This document shows positions 29,120-38,495 of a stretch of 64,000 bases of DNA, piece after piece (position 1 is the first letter of the stretch; every line of letters begins with the position of its first letter). Both the position numbers and the translations under genes were made by a program. Origin of the DNA: Spirochaetia bacterium (GTDB lineage: Bacteria > Spirochaetota > Spirochaetia > UBA9216); contig OY776510.1 of assembly GCA_963675665.1 (NCBI GenBank), positions 3,776,001 to 3,840,000 on the forward strand, written 5' to 3'. The notes under the pieces are model-generated. The model ran no database searches. It saw nothing but the letters and a program-made list of their open reading frames with translations, and was not told the DNA's origin.

Positions 29120-30445
29120 ATGAAAAATGAACTATGGAATGATTTTATTATTCTAATCAAACAGGAAGTTGTGCCGGCCCTGGGCTGCACGGAACCAATT
29201 GCCGTAGCTCTTGCTGCAGCCAAAGCTGCGGAAGTTCTCGGAAAAGAACCTGAGGCTATTGATGTATATCTCAGCCAGAATGTACTTAAAAACGGCATGA
29301 GCGTCGGAATTCCGGGAACCGGGCTTTACGGCCTTGAGATAGCAACCGCCGTAGGAGCATTGGGCGGGAATTCCACTTACGGACTTGAAGTACTTAAAAA
29401 CCTTACTCCTGAAAATCTTGAAAAAGGCAAAGCTATGCTTAAAGCCGGAAAAGTAAAGGTTAACCTTAAAGAAGTTCCGGATGTACTTTATATTGAAGTT
29501 ACAGTAAGAACATCCGATGAAAACGCAAAGGTTATCATCAAAAAACGCCACGACAATATCTGTTATATTGAGCAAAACGGTAAAATCATTCTTGATTCCG
29601 ATATGGATAAAGCATCAGCAGATTCGGCATCAGATAATCCTTCCGCCAAATTACTTGAAGAACTCAGTGAAAAGGATATCTGGGATTTTGCAACAAATGT
29701 ACCGCTTGAAAAAATTGAATTTATAATGGAAGCCGTAGAATTAAACAAAAAGATATCAGAAGAAGGATTAAGGGGTGATTACGGCCTTAAGGTAGGAAAA
29801 TCTATTGATGAAAATATCATCAAGGGATTTCTTCAGTCCGACCTGAGCAATGATGCCGTAAAAAGAACAGCAAGCGGCGCCGATGCCCGAATGGCCGGTT
29901 CGGACCTGCCGGTTATGAGTAATTCAGGAAGCGGAAACCAGGGAATAACTGCGACAATGCCTGTAGTGGCCGTAGCGGAAAAAATCGGCTCAGGCCGTGA
30001 ACAGCTTATACGCGCGCTGATTTTAAGCCACCTTACTTCCATTCACATGAAATCCAAAATGGACAGGCTGTCCGCCCTTTGCGGAGCGTCTGTTGCAGCT
30101 ACCGGCGCCAGCTGCGGAGTTGTGTACCTTCTCGGCGGTGTTTATGAACATGTAGAGTATGCAATTAAAAATATGGTTGGAAACATTGCCGGAATGGTAT
30201 GCGACGGAGCCAAAACAAGCTGCGCGCTTAAAGTAGCTTCATCAGTAAGCGCCGGGGTTCAGGGAGCATTACTGGCCATAAACAGCATAGGCGTTACGGA
30301 AATAGAAGGTATTGTTGAAGAAGATATCGAAAGAACAATAAACAATCTCGGAAAACTCGGTTCAAGCGGCATGGCTGAAACCGATAAGGTTATTCTTTCA
30401 ATAATGACATCGAAAGTTAAAGCATATAAAGACAAGGCGGTTTAG
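29120..30445 (+). CDS. cyuA: L-cysteine desulfidase, CyuA/YhaM type (serine dehydratase alpha family)
   Basis: VVPALGCTEP, KNGMSVGIPGTG, DARMAG, MSNSGSGNQG, LSALCG, CDGAKTSCALK. Confidence 0.85.
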   Translation: MKNELWNDFIILIKQEVVPALGCTEPIAVALAAAKAAEVLGKEPEAIDVYLSQNVLKNGMSVGIPGTGLYGLEIATAVGALGGNSTYGLEVLKNLTPENLEKGKAMLKAGKVKVNLKEVPDVLYIEVTVRTSDENAKVIIKKRHDNICYIEQNGKIILDSDMDKASADSASDNPSAKLLEELSEKDIWDFATNVPLEKIEFIMEAVELNKKISEEGLRGDYGLKVGKSIDENIIKGFLQSDLSNDAVKRTASGADARMAGSDLPVMSNSGSGNQGITATMPVVAVAEKIGSGREQLIRALILSHLTSIHMKSKMDRLSALCGASVAATGASCGVVYLLGGVYEHVEYAIKNMVGNIAGMVCDGAKTSCALKVASSVSAGVQGALLAINSIGVTEIEGIVEEDIERTINNLGKLGSSGMAETDKVILSIMTSKVKAYKDKAV

Positions 30446-30447
30446 AA

Positions 30448-30936
30448 ATGAAAATTAAGAATAATCCTGTACAGCATGATTCACATATAGATTCAATCAG
30501 AAACGCAATCGAGCACAGGGCCACCTGGATGTATCTGCTTATGGATGAAGCAAGAAAGCGGGGTCTTGAATGGGAAGACTTCGGCAGGGATGCAATTCTT
30601 CGCTGCGGGCATTTCCACGGTCAGACAAAATTTCCTGAAACTGAAAACCTGAAAACTTTCGGTGAAAGTTTTGCTACTGAAGACCTGAAAAAAGTCTTTG
30701 ACATGAATGTTGTTCAGTGCGACGAAGATGCTTTTATTGTCGAATTCAATTACTGCCCGCTCCTCTCCGCCTGGATTAAACAGACGGATAATGAGAAAGA
30801 TATTGAGCTTCTTTGTGATATCGCCATGGACGGCGATCGCGGAATTATTGAAGAATACCCGAAATTCAATTTTGATCTCCAAAGTACTCTCGCCTGCGGC
30901 GACAAGGTCTGCCGGCTGGTGATTTCAAAGAAATAG
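30448..30936 (+). CDS. ATC hydrolase-like protein, paralog 3 (divergent)
   Basis: HRATW, YCPLLSAW, CDIAMDGDRG, TLACGDKVC. Confidence 0.78.
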   Translation: MKIKNNPVQHDSHIDSIRNAIEHRATWMYLLMDEARKRGLEWEDFGRDAILRCGHFHGQTKFPETENLKTFGESFATEDLKKVFDMNVVQCDEDAFIVEFNYCPLLSAWIKQTDNEKDIELLCDIAMDGDRGIIEEYPKFNFDLQSTLACGDKVCRLVISKK

Positions 30937-30947
30937 GGTTTTATTCG

Positions 30948-30976
30948 ACGGGTATCCTTAAAGACGGATACCCGTT
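30948..30976 (+). terminator. Terminator hairpin closing the GntR locus
   Basis: ACGGGTATCC...GGATACCCGT inverted repeat just after paralog 3. Confidence 0.65.
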
Positions 30977-30987
30977 ATAATCCCGTC

Positions 30988-31872
30988 ATGACGGTTAAAA
31001 TCCCCCGGTTAACCGGATTCTGTCCGGGTGTTAAAGCGGCTGAAAAAAGAATTTTTTCGGAAACAGAAAACTCTCCCCAAAAAAAACATTCTGTTATCGG
31101 AATGATGATAAATAATCGTAAATATATTGAGTATCTGAATGAAAACAATATCCTTACAATAGAATCGGAAGACAATATTCCTGATGGTTCTACCCTTTTT
31201 ATCAGAACGCATGGAATAGACAGGGAAACTCAGTCACGGTTGTCTCAAAATTATAACCTTATCGATCTTACCTGCCGGAATGTAAAACGGGTTCAGGAAA
31301 TAATCAAAATACATTCGGATAAAGGACAAACTATAATTATAACCGGAAAAAAAAGTCATCCCGAGGTCACGGGTCTAAAAAGTTACGGGTCAGAGGTATT
31401 TGTCATAGAAACACCTGAAGAACTTGAAAACTTTCTGTCCAATCTGAAAATCGACGGAACTGCATTCAATCCTGCATCAGTTTCAGGGATATTCATAACG
31501 TCCCAGACAACCGGCAGCCGTACACTTTTTGAATCTGCAATTGAAAAAATCAGAAGCCGATGGCCTGAATTAACAGTTGAAAGTTTCAATTCCATCTGCC
31601 CCGTTACAGAAAAAAAAGAAAATGAAGCGCTTGAAATTCAGCAGGAAGTAGACATCAGTTTCGTCATCGGCGACCCGTTGTCTTCCAACGCCAAAAAGCT
31701 TTACAGGCGCTTATCCGAATCCGGCAGAAAAACCTTCTTTATACAGGATGTCGAAGAACTCAAAAAACTTGATATCGACTTCAGCGGCCTTGAAAGCGCC
31801 CTTGTTGTATCATCTGCTTCAACTCCGGACTTTGTTGAAAAAAAAGTTGTAGATTACCTGCTTCTTAAATAA
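30988..31872 (+). CDS. ispH: 4-hydroxy-3-methylbut-2-enyl diphosphate reductase
   Basis: GFCPGV, IRTHG, DLTC, HPEV, SQTT, NSIC, SSN, ASTP; three cluster Cys present. Confidence 0.88.
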   Translation: MTVKIPRLTGFCPGVKAAEKRIFSETENSPQKKHSVIGMMINNRKYIEYLNENNILTIESEDNIPDGSTLFIRTHGIDRETQSRLSQNYNLIDLTCRNVKRVQEIIKIHSDKGQTIIITGKKSHPEVTGLKSYGSEVFVIETPEELENFLSNLKIDGTAFNPASVSGIFITSQTTGSRTLFESAIEKIRSRWPELTVESFNSICPVTEKKENEALEIQQEVDISFVIGDPLSSNAKKLYRRLSESGRKTFFIQDVEELKKLDIDFSGLESALVVSSASTPDFVEKKVVDYLLLK

Positions 31873-31906
31873 AAACGGCCGAAGGATTTTACTCATCCGG
31901 CCGTTA
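31872..31906. terminator. Bidirectional terminator between convergent genes
   Basis: AACGGCCG...CGGCCGTT inverted repeat. Confidence 0.65.
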
Positions 31907-31927
31907 AATATTTAATTAAGTTAAAAA

Positions 31928-33085
31928 CTATTTGAATGCTTTTTCCATAATGGCAATTGTATCATCTTTGGAAAGCTCATAGCGGTCCATATCAAAGAGT
32001 CCGCCCATTGCATATTTTGCATTTTCCGCAAGCTTTTTGATCTCATCAACGGTGATGCCGTAATCTGACATCTTAAGATTGTCGACCCCGCAGTCTTTCT
32101 GCAGTTGAACAAGGGCTTTTACAAAGTTTTCGGGTTTTGTATCCATTCCCATTGCAGCCGCCATATCAGCGAAACGATCCGGAACGATCTTCTCAAAGAA
32201 TGTGAAATATTCTTTCGACAGCATAATCAAACCGGCTCCATGAGGAAGTTTCGGGTGATATGCGCTCATTGCATGTTCCATTGAGTGCTCGGACGTACAG
32301 GATGACGTTGATTCAACAAAACCTGCAAGGGTATTCGCAAGAGCAACGTCTGTGCGGGCTTCAATATTATTTCCGTCTTTCACTGCCGCTGCAAGAGATT
32401 TTGCAATCAGCCTGATACTGGCAAGTGCATAAGAATCACTTACAGGCGTAGCTATTTTAGCAATATAGCCTTCAACAGCATGAAACAGGGCGTCAAATCC
32501 CTGGTAGGCGGTCAGATGCGGCGGAATGGAAACCATCAACTCAGGATCAACAATCGACAGAGTCGGAAAAGTTTCTTCGGTTCCGAAACCTATTTTTTCA
32601 TCATTTTCCTGATGCGTAATTACCGTCCAGGGATCAGCCTCAGTCCCTGTTCCGGCAGTTGTAGTGATTGCTACAATCGGTAATACACCGTTTTGCACCG
32701 GCTTGCCTTTTCCCGAACCGCCGTTGATATAGTCCCAGTAATTACCTGGATTTTTTGCCATAATGGCAATACTCTTTGCCGAATCAATACTGCTGCCGCC
32801 GCCAAGGCCGACAATAAAATCACAATTCTCTTTTTTTGCAAGCTCGGCACCTTCCGTAACATGCTCAAGAATCGGGTTCGGCAGGATTTTATCAAAAACT
32901 GCAGATTCAACTCCCTGTTCAGCAAGAAGTTTCTGAACACGATCAAGATACCCATATTTTTTCATTGAAGAGCCGCTGCTTATTACAATAAGGGCTTTTT
33001 TACCTGGCAGTTTTTCTTTAGCAAGATCATTAAGCTTTCCCGGACCGAATAAAACTTTTGTCGGTATAAAATAGTTAAATGTCAT
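31928..33085 (-). CDS. Iron-containing alcohol dehydrogenase
   Basis: GLGGGSSIDSAK, TTAGTGTE, DALFHAVE, HSMEH, HGAG. Confidence 0.92.
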   Translation of the reverse strand: MTFNYFIPTKVLFGPGKLNDLAKEKLPGKKALIVISSGSSMKKYGYLDRVQKLLAEQGVESAVFDKILPNPILEHVTEGAELAKKENCDFIVGLGGGSSIDSAKSIAIMAKNPGNYWDYINGGSGKGKPVQNGVLPIVAITTTAGTGTEADPWTVITHQENDEKIGFGTEETFPTLSIVDPELMVSIPPHLTAYQGFDALFHAVEGYIAKIATPVSDSYALASIRLIAKSLAAAVKDGNNIEARTDVALANTLAGFVESTSSCTSEHSMEHAMSAYHPKLPHGAGLIMLSKEYFTFFEKIVPDRFADMAAAMGMDTKPENFVKALVQLQKDCGVDNLKMSDYGITVDEIKKLAENAKYAMGGLFDMDRYELSKDDTIAIMEKAFK

Positions 33086-33263
33086 TTAGTTACTCCAATT
33101 ATTGTATCTTTATTTAAAAAATCTATTAACAATTTCCATAAAAGTCAAGATAACAAATATTTTTCCATATATAAAATTTGTTCATTAAATCATTATTGAA
33201 CACACTGTTATAATAAAGTACTAAATCGTTGATAAAAAGGAAAGAATAAAATAGAATCCCGGT

Positions 33264-33941
33264 ATGAATAATAAATTAAGCAAAGACGGAAGTATCCATG
33301 TAACGGATGAGATAATAAACACAATTACCCATACAGCAGGAGCAATTTTTTCCCTGCTTGGAATGGTTCTTCTTATTGTTCTTTCAGCAGTACAGGGCAA
33401 GACATGGCATATCGTCGGCTTTTCAATATACGGACTGAGCCTTTTTATGCTTTTTCTGGCCAGTACATTTCACCACGGTATAGACCATACTGAAAAAGTA
33501 AATAATTTTTTCCGTCTTTTTGATTATCTTTCAATCTTCGCCCTTATTGCCGGAACCTATACCCCGATTTGTCTTATCATAAGCCGCGACGCATGGGGGT
33601 GGAGCATCTTCGGGGTTATATGGGCCCTTGCCGCTGCAGGCATAACCATAAAAGCAGTTTTCCCGTCTATTCCAAAATGGTTTACAAATACATTGTATGT
33701 CTGCATGGGATGGGTCGGCGTAGCTTTGATATTTCACGTCCTGCCGGCAATTCAATTGACCGGACTGCTGCTAATCCTTATCGGCGGTATTTTTTATTCA
33801 GCCGGAGCAGTAATCTTTTATATTGAAAAACCCAACCCGGTTCCCGGTAAGTTCGGATTTCACGAAATATGGCATCTGTTCGTGCTTGCCGGAGCCATCG
33901 TACATTTTCTTTTTATGTTTTTTATTGCCCTGCCGTTCTGA
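33264..33941 (+). CDS. Hemolysin III / PAQR family membrane protein
   Basis: EIINTITH, STFHH, DYLSIFALIAGTYTP, HEIWHLFV. Confidence 0.92.
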   Translation: MNNKLSKDGSIHVTDEIINTITHTAGAIFSLLGMVLLIVLSAVQGKTWHIVGFSIYGLSLFMLFLASTFHHGIDHTEKVNNFFRLFDYLSIFALIAGTYTPICLIISRDAWGWSIFGVIWALAAAGITIKAVFPSIPKWFTNTLYVCMGWVGVALIFHVLPAIQLTGLLLILIGGIFYSAGAVIFYIEKPNPVPGKFGFHEIWHLFVLAGAIVHFLFMFFIALPF

Positions 33942-33967
33942 TACCGTCCGGCATCTGCAAGTTTCAA

Positions 33968-34510
33968 TTATCTCATTGAAAACTCGCATCCGCAGTAATT
34001 CTGCCGGTACAAACCGATTTTTTCCGATAACAGAATACTCCGCCTGTATCCGTCCTTTTTTTTGAAGTCGTAATCAACGAACCGGCTGCTCTTACCACGA
34101 CCGGCGGCTGTCCCTTTTTCAAATAATACACGGGAAACCTTATGAGGACTTACCGTAAGCGTGGTACAAAAACCGTCGTATTCACCGGCATCGGCAGCTT
34201 CAGATGTTCTGTCAAGGCTGTATCCGAAACAGAAGCTGCATCGTGCTCCCTTTTCAGGCTCGCTCTCATATCCTGCCACCGTCTTCAGCCAGTCTTGATG
34301 ATCATAGCTATCTTCAATCAGTTTCAAACCGAACCATTCGGCGGTTCTTACAGCGCCATCAAGACGTTTATCATATTCTTCTTTTGGTGAAATATTCGAA
34401 TTACTGAAGAACATATCCACTTCCCAGCCATCGCCAAGAAGCTGTTCTATCGACGAGGTTGCGCATGGCCCACAGCACACATGCAAGAGCATTCTTTTCA
34501 CATGTTCCAT
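33968..34510 (-). CDS. queH: Epoxyqueuosine reductase QueH
   Basis: LLHVCCGPC, RCSFC, TTLTVSPHK, LYRQNYCGCEFS. Confidence 0.9.
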   Translation of the reverse strand: MEHVKRMLLHVCCGPCATSSIEQLLGDGWEVDMFFSNSNISPKEEYDKRLDGAVRTAEWFGLKLIEDSYDHQDWLKTVAGYESEPEKGARCSFCFGYSLDRTSEAADAGEYDGFCTTLTVSPHKVSRVLFEKGTAAGRGKSSRFVDYDFKKKDGYRRSILLSEKIGLYRQNYCGCEFSMR

Positions 34511-34572
34511 ACACAGATATTACTATATCGAAGGGAAACTGGTAAACAGGTGATTTTTGTATGATGTAATGT

Positions 34573-35220
34573 TTACTGCTTGGTATTTCTTCGCCTTGAA
34601 TTCACAAACCGGATAAAATCACTGATATTCCGGACTAAAATGCGATCATCGTAAATATCCACCCGCCTCTGCACCATAAAATGGTTTAGAATAGTTCTGC
34701 ACCGTTCGGGCGACATTCCGGCCCAGTGGGCTACGTCATCAACACTTGTTTTAAATTCACGCATCTCTTCAGACGGGGCATCAACGGTTCCGGTCTCGTT
34801 CAACATCAGAAAAACATCGGCAACCCTGGCCTGTTCATCTTCAAGAGTCAGAATCATAAAACGGCGTTTCTGGTCATATATTCTTTTTGTGAAAAGTTTG
34901 AGCAGCTTAAGGGCAATCTGAGGGTTTCCCATCATAAGAATTTCAAAATTCTCACGGTTAAACTCAAGAACTTTTACCTGATCAAGCGCTATGGCCGAAG
35001 CTGATCTCGGAGCACCTTCAAGGATAGCCATTTCACCGAATATTTCACCGGGATTCAGAATATCAATGGTTTTTTCGATATTATCAATTATCTTTGTAAT
35101 TTCGACCCGGCCTGATTGTATCAGGTAAAATGTATCACCCGGTTCAAACTCGCAGAACAGAATATCATTCTTTTGAAATGTTTTAGCAAATCGTTCAAAT
35201 ACGGACAAATCCAGTGCCAT
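34573..35220 (-). CDS. Crp/Fnr family regulator
   Basis: cNMP domain GEIFGEMAILEGAPRSASA plus C-terminal HTH-like region. Confidence 0.85.
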   Translation of the reverse strand: MALDLSVFERFAKTFQKNDILFCEFEPGDTFYLIQSGRVEITKIIDNIEKTIDILNPGEIFGEMAILEGAPRSASAIALDQVKVLEFNRENFEILMMGNPQIALKLLKLFTKRIYDQKRRFMILTLEDEQARVADVFLMLNETGTVDAPSEEMREFKTSVDDVAHWAGMSPERCRTILNHFMVQRRVDIYDDRILVRNISDFIRFVNSRRRNTKQ

Positions 35221-35224
35221 CTGA

Positions 35225-36229
35225 TTACCCTTTTAACCCGTCAAGAGCCCTGCCGGCCTTTTTATGAATGGGAGTACCTTCCGATGCCATTGAGAGTACT
35301 TTATTGTAAAAACCGGAAGCCTTGGCAGTATCATTCTTCTTTTCATACGAATTTCCGACACAGAACAGCGCTTCCAGCATATCAGGATGCTTGGGATATT
35401 TCTGAATCATGGCAGAAAAGTGTTTAATACAGGTATCATAATTTTTCATACTGTACAGGCAGCGACCGACTTCAAACTGGGCTTTTGCCTGGAACTCGGA
35501 ATCCCCGCCCGATACTATCACATTTTTGAAAACATTAAGCGCTTCGTTATATTTTTCCTGGCTAAAGAGGTTAACTCCCCGGTAATACTCTTTCGCAGTT
35601 TCAGACATCGAACCGCCTGAAGATGAAGACGAAGAACCACCTCCGGATGCTGCCGGAGCAACAGAAGGAGAAGCCACGGTGTTTCTGGGTGCATTCTGCA
35701 CCATGATTTCAACTCTCTGCAGGTTCTCATTGGCTTCAGAAACATATTTTCCCGAAGGATAATAAGTCAGGTAACTGCGCAAGGCATACAAGGCCTGAAC
35801 ATTTTTCCCGCATTTCTGGTAATAGCTGCCGATCTTGAATAAACCGGTCTCGGGGTCTTCATCCTCGCCGGTTGAAATCAGGTTGCTTAGCTGCTTGTGA
35901 ATACGTCTCAGCTGATTTGAAAACACCTTCAGCATTTTCATTATTATTCTTGTGTTCTGCATTACAACAGCTTCGAATTCAGGAACAGTAAAAGACAACA
36001 TCTCGGCATCTTTTACTACAAAGGCTGTTTCTTCACGGGGATATTTTCCTAATGCTGATTTTACACCGAAGAATTCCCCGGTGCTGATAATATCCTGCAA
36101 TTCCTGCCCGGTTTCTATATCCTGGTATTTCAGGATCACCGATCCGCTTTTCAGAATATATACAGACTCGTTAAGATCGCCTTTAAAATAAACGATGGAA
36201 TTGGCTTTATATCTTACCGGTTTAGGCAT
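35225..36229 (-). CDS. Cyclic-nucleotide-binding domain protein with C-terminal TPR repeats
   Basis: GEFFGV...PREETA cNMP domain, Ser/Gly linker, TPR-like helices (KYPKHP...EALF). Confidence 0.8.
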   Translation of the reverse strand: MPKPVRYKANSIVYFKGDLNESVYILKSGSVILKYQDIETGQELQDIISTGEFFGVKSALGKYPREETAFVVKDAEMLSFTVPEFEAVVMQNTRIIMKMLKVFSNQLRRIHKQLSNLISTGEDEDPETGLFKIGSYYQKCGKNVQALYALRSYLTYYPSGKYVSEANENLQRVEIMVQNAPRNTVASPSVAPAASGGGSSSSSSGGSMSETAKEYYRGVNLFSQEKYNEALNVFKNVIVSGGDSEFQAKAQFEVGRCLYSMKNYDTCIKHFSAMIQKYPKHPDMLEALFCVGNSYEKKNDTAKASGFYNKVLSMASEGTPIHKKAGRALDGLKG

Positions 36230-36378
36230 TATCTCTCCCGATTTTTTTCATTCATCATGATTGTAATTCCCTGACAATTTGCTGTCAACGACCTGTACAG
36301 AATAATTACCTTTTTTTGATTATCGGCATATATAGTCTATGGACGACCGTTTTTTTTACTGTTAAATTGGATCTGACA

Positions 36379-37293
36379 ATGAACAGATTACTGCATATTG
36401 TGCTTTTTATTTTTATCATCGCTATACCTCTTCCTCAATACTCTGCAGCACAATCAGCCGGAAACCTTTACCCCGTTATTGAAAGACTTGATTTTACCGA
36501 TCTGAACTACAGACAGCTTCAGGAAGATATTGAATTTTACTATAAAGCTGCCGGTGCAGGAAAAGAGCTTCCTCCCCTGCTTTTTTATTCTTACTCCGTC
36601 GACTCGGATATCAACATCTTTTCTATCTCGTCACAATCCGGACTCACCTATGAAACAATAGCAACATTCAACAGAATAAGCTCAACCGCCGACAATCTTG
36701 AAAACAGAACGCTGCTGCTGCCGAGCCAGCCCGGAATATTTCTTCCTGAAACACCCGCTACGGATCTTGAGTTTATTGCCATGTCATGGAGGGCCCCCTT
36801 ATTACAGGATTCGTATAATGTCTCTGTTGAAGGAAACAATTACTTCTTTTTCCCGGGCGAATCGTTTCATAATGTTGAACGGGCTTTTTTTCTGCGTATT
36901 CTTTTTGCAAATCCTCTTCCGGAAGGAATCGTAACCTCAAAATACGGTTACAGAAAAAGTCCGTTTACAGGACACAATACTTTCCATAACGGTATTGATA
37001 TAGCAGCTCCGGAAGGTACAGAAGTCCGCTCGGCAAGAGACGGTATAATAAGTTTAACCGGATTCAATGAAACATACGGGAATTTCATTCAAATCAGCCA
37101 TAGCGGAGGGTACGAAACATTCTATGGCCACCTAAATAAAATTTTTGTTGAGTTGCATGATAAGGTAAATTCTACTATGATAATAGCAGAAGTCGGCAGT
37201 ACCGGATTATCAACCGGGCCGCATCTGCATTTTGAGGTTAGAAGAGACGGAAGAGCTACAGATCCGTCATCACTAACCCCCGGATTGGATTAA
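36379..37293 (+). CDS. M23 family metallopeptidase
   Basis: HNGIDIAA, YGHL, STGPHLHFEVR; signal peptide from ATG 36379. Confidence 0.88.
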   Translation: MNRLLHIVLFIFIIAIPLPQYSAAQSAGNLYPVIERLDFTDLNYRQLQEDIEFYYKAAGAGKELPPLLFYSYSVDSDINIFSISSQSGLTYETIATFNRISSTADNLENRTLLLPSQPGIFLPETPATDLEFIAMSWRAPLLQDSYNVSVEGNNYFFFPGESFHNVERAFFLRILFANPLPEGIVTSKYGYRKSPFTGHNTFHNGIDIAAPEGTEVRSARDGIISLTGFNETYGNFIQISHSGGYETFYGHLNKIFVELHDKVNSTMIIAEVGSTGLSTGPHLHFEVRRDGRATDPSSLTPGLD

Positions 37294-38282
37294 TGAGAAA
37301 ACTGTTACCTTTATTTATTATTTTTTTGGCACTTTTCCCCATGTTTTCAGTATTCGGGGATAATATCAGGGGAGATGTAGTTAAGCATATTATCTTAACC
37401 GATGCTTCTTCAAAAGAAACATTCACAATGAGCATTGAAGATGTTTTTGCAGTATCTTTTGAGCGTAATTCTGAATTCATCCGTGGCGTAGAAATTGAAA
37501 TTTTGATTCCGACCAGCCTCAGAGATTATAGCGGAAGCTTCGCATTCAATATTTTTAAAAAAATAAGCCCTGAAATAACCTCAGGAATCGGCACTTATTA
37601 TGGTAAAAAATACAATACCTTTATTCTCCCGGACGCAGCAAAGTTTTATATCCAAATTCCGTATAAGGAAAGTATTGCAGGCGAAGCATCACCGTATACA
37701 AAAGTTATTGAAGAAATTCTGCAATATAACGATTCTCCGTTGATGGTTACCGTATTGCCGATCATGAAAGGTTTTCCATCAAGTATTTACGGCAGCAATT
37801 TCACAATAAAAATTTCTTCGATATTGAAAGAAAGCGGCAATCTTATCCTTAATGTTTCCATTCCTGAGGATCTGGACAGCCGACAGCTGTCGCTTAATGT
37901 AGACGGCGGGAGCGTTTTGGTCAAAGACGGGAAAGCAGTTATTGCGCTTTCAGCCGGGAATCATAATATTTCCGCTGATATTCCCGGAGGAATCGCCGTG
38001 AACAGAACCGTAACGATTCAGGCCGGTAAAAGCACCGAAATTGAACTTGATATAGAAAAACTTGAAAGCCATGCAATAATAGATGTGCCTGTAAATACTG
38101 TTGTTTACATGGACGGAGCCAGGGTTGAACCCGGTTCCGACGGGAGACTTGCCCTGGAACCCGGACAGCATATAGTGCTGTTCAAGATTGGAGACTATAA
38201 AATAAGTAAAAAATTCGACATTTCACCCGGTAAGGACTGTAAAATTTCACTTTTTCTTGATATTTTTATAGAGGAGAACTAA
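37293..38282 (+). CDS. Secreted hypothetical protein with PEGA-like C-terminal repeats
   Basis: Signal peptide; VDG...LSAGNH and VYMDG...LEPGQH beta-sandwich repeats. Confidence 0.6.
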   Translation: MRKLLPLFIIFLALFPMFSVFGDNIRGDVVKHIILTDASSKETFTMSIEDVFAVSFERNSEFIRGVEIEILIPTSLRDYSGSFAFNIFKKISPEITSGIGTYYGKKYNTFILPDAAKFYIQIPYKESIAGEASPYTKVIEEILQYNDSPLMVTVLPIMKGFPSSIYGSNFTIKISSILKESGNLILNVSIPEDLDSRQLSLNVDGGSVLVKDGKAVIALSAGNHNISADIPGGIAVNRTVTIQAGKSTEIELDIEKLESHAIIDVPVNTVVYMDGARVEPGSDGRLALEPGQHIVLFKIGDYKISKKFDISPGKDCKISLFLDIFIEEN

Positions 38283-38369
38283 ATCTTTGTTTAGTTCCAG
38301 TCGATAATAATTGTGTCGGGACAAAAAATATAGTTCCCCTCCCAGTTTACTATATTAACCGACACAATA

Positions 38370-38398
38370 GGCCGGTCTTTTAGACCGGCCACTTTTTT
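38370..38398 (+). terminator. Intrinsic terminator
   Basis: GGCCGGTCT-tt-AGACCGGCC followed by a T tract. Confidence 0.7.
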
Positions 38399-38495
38399 TA
38401 TTATCCTATGCTTTTAACCTTACGCCAGATTCTGATTGGCTGATTTTTGCCCCTATCGCTTGACAAAATCAAAGCATGAACATACTGTAATCGAT

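Noticed and set aside
33123-33140. Possible Rex operator upstream of the alcohol dehydrogenase
   Set aside because: About five mismatches to the Rex consensus in AT-rich DNA; too weak
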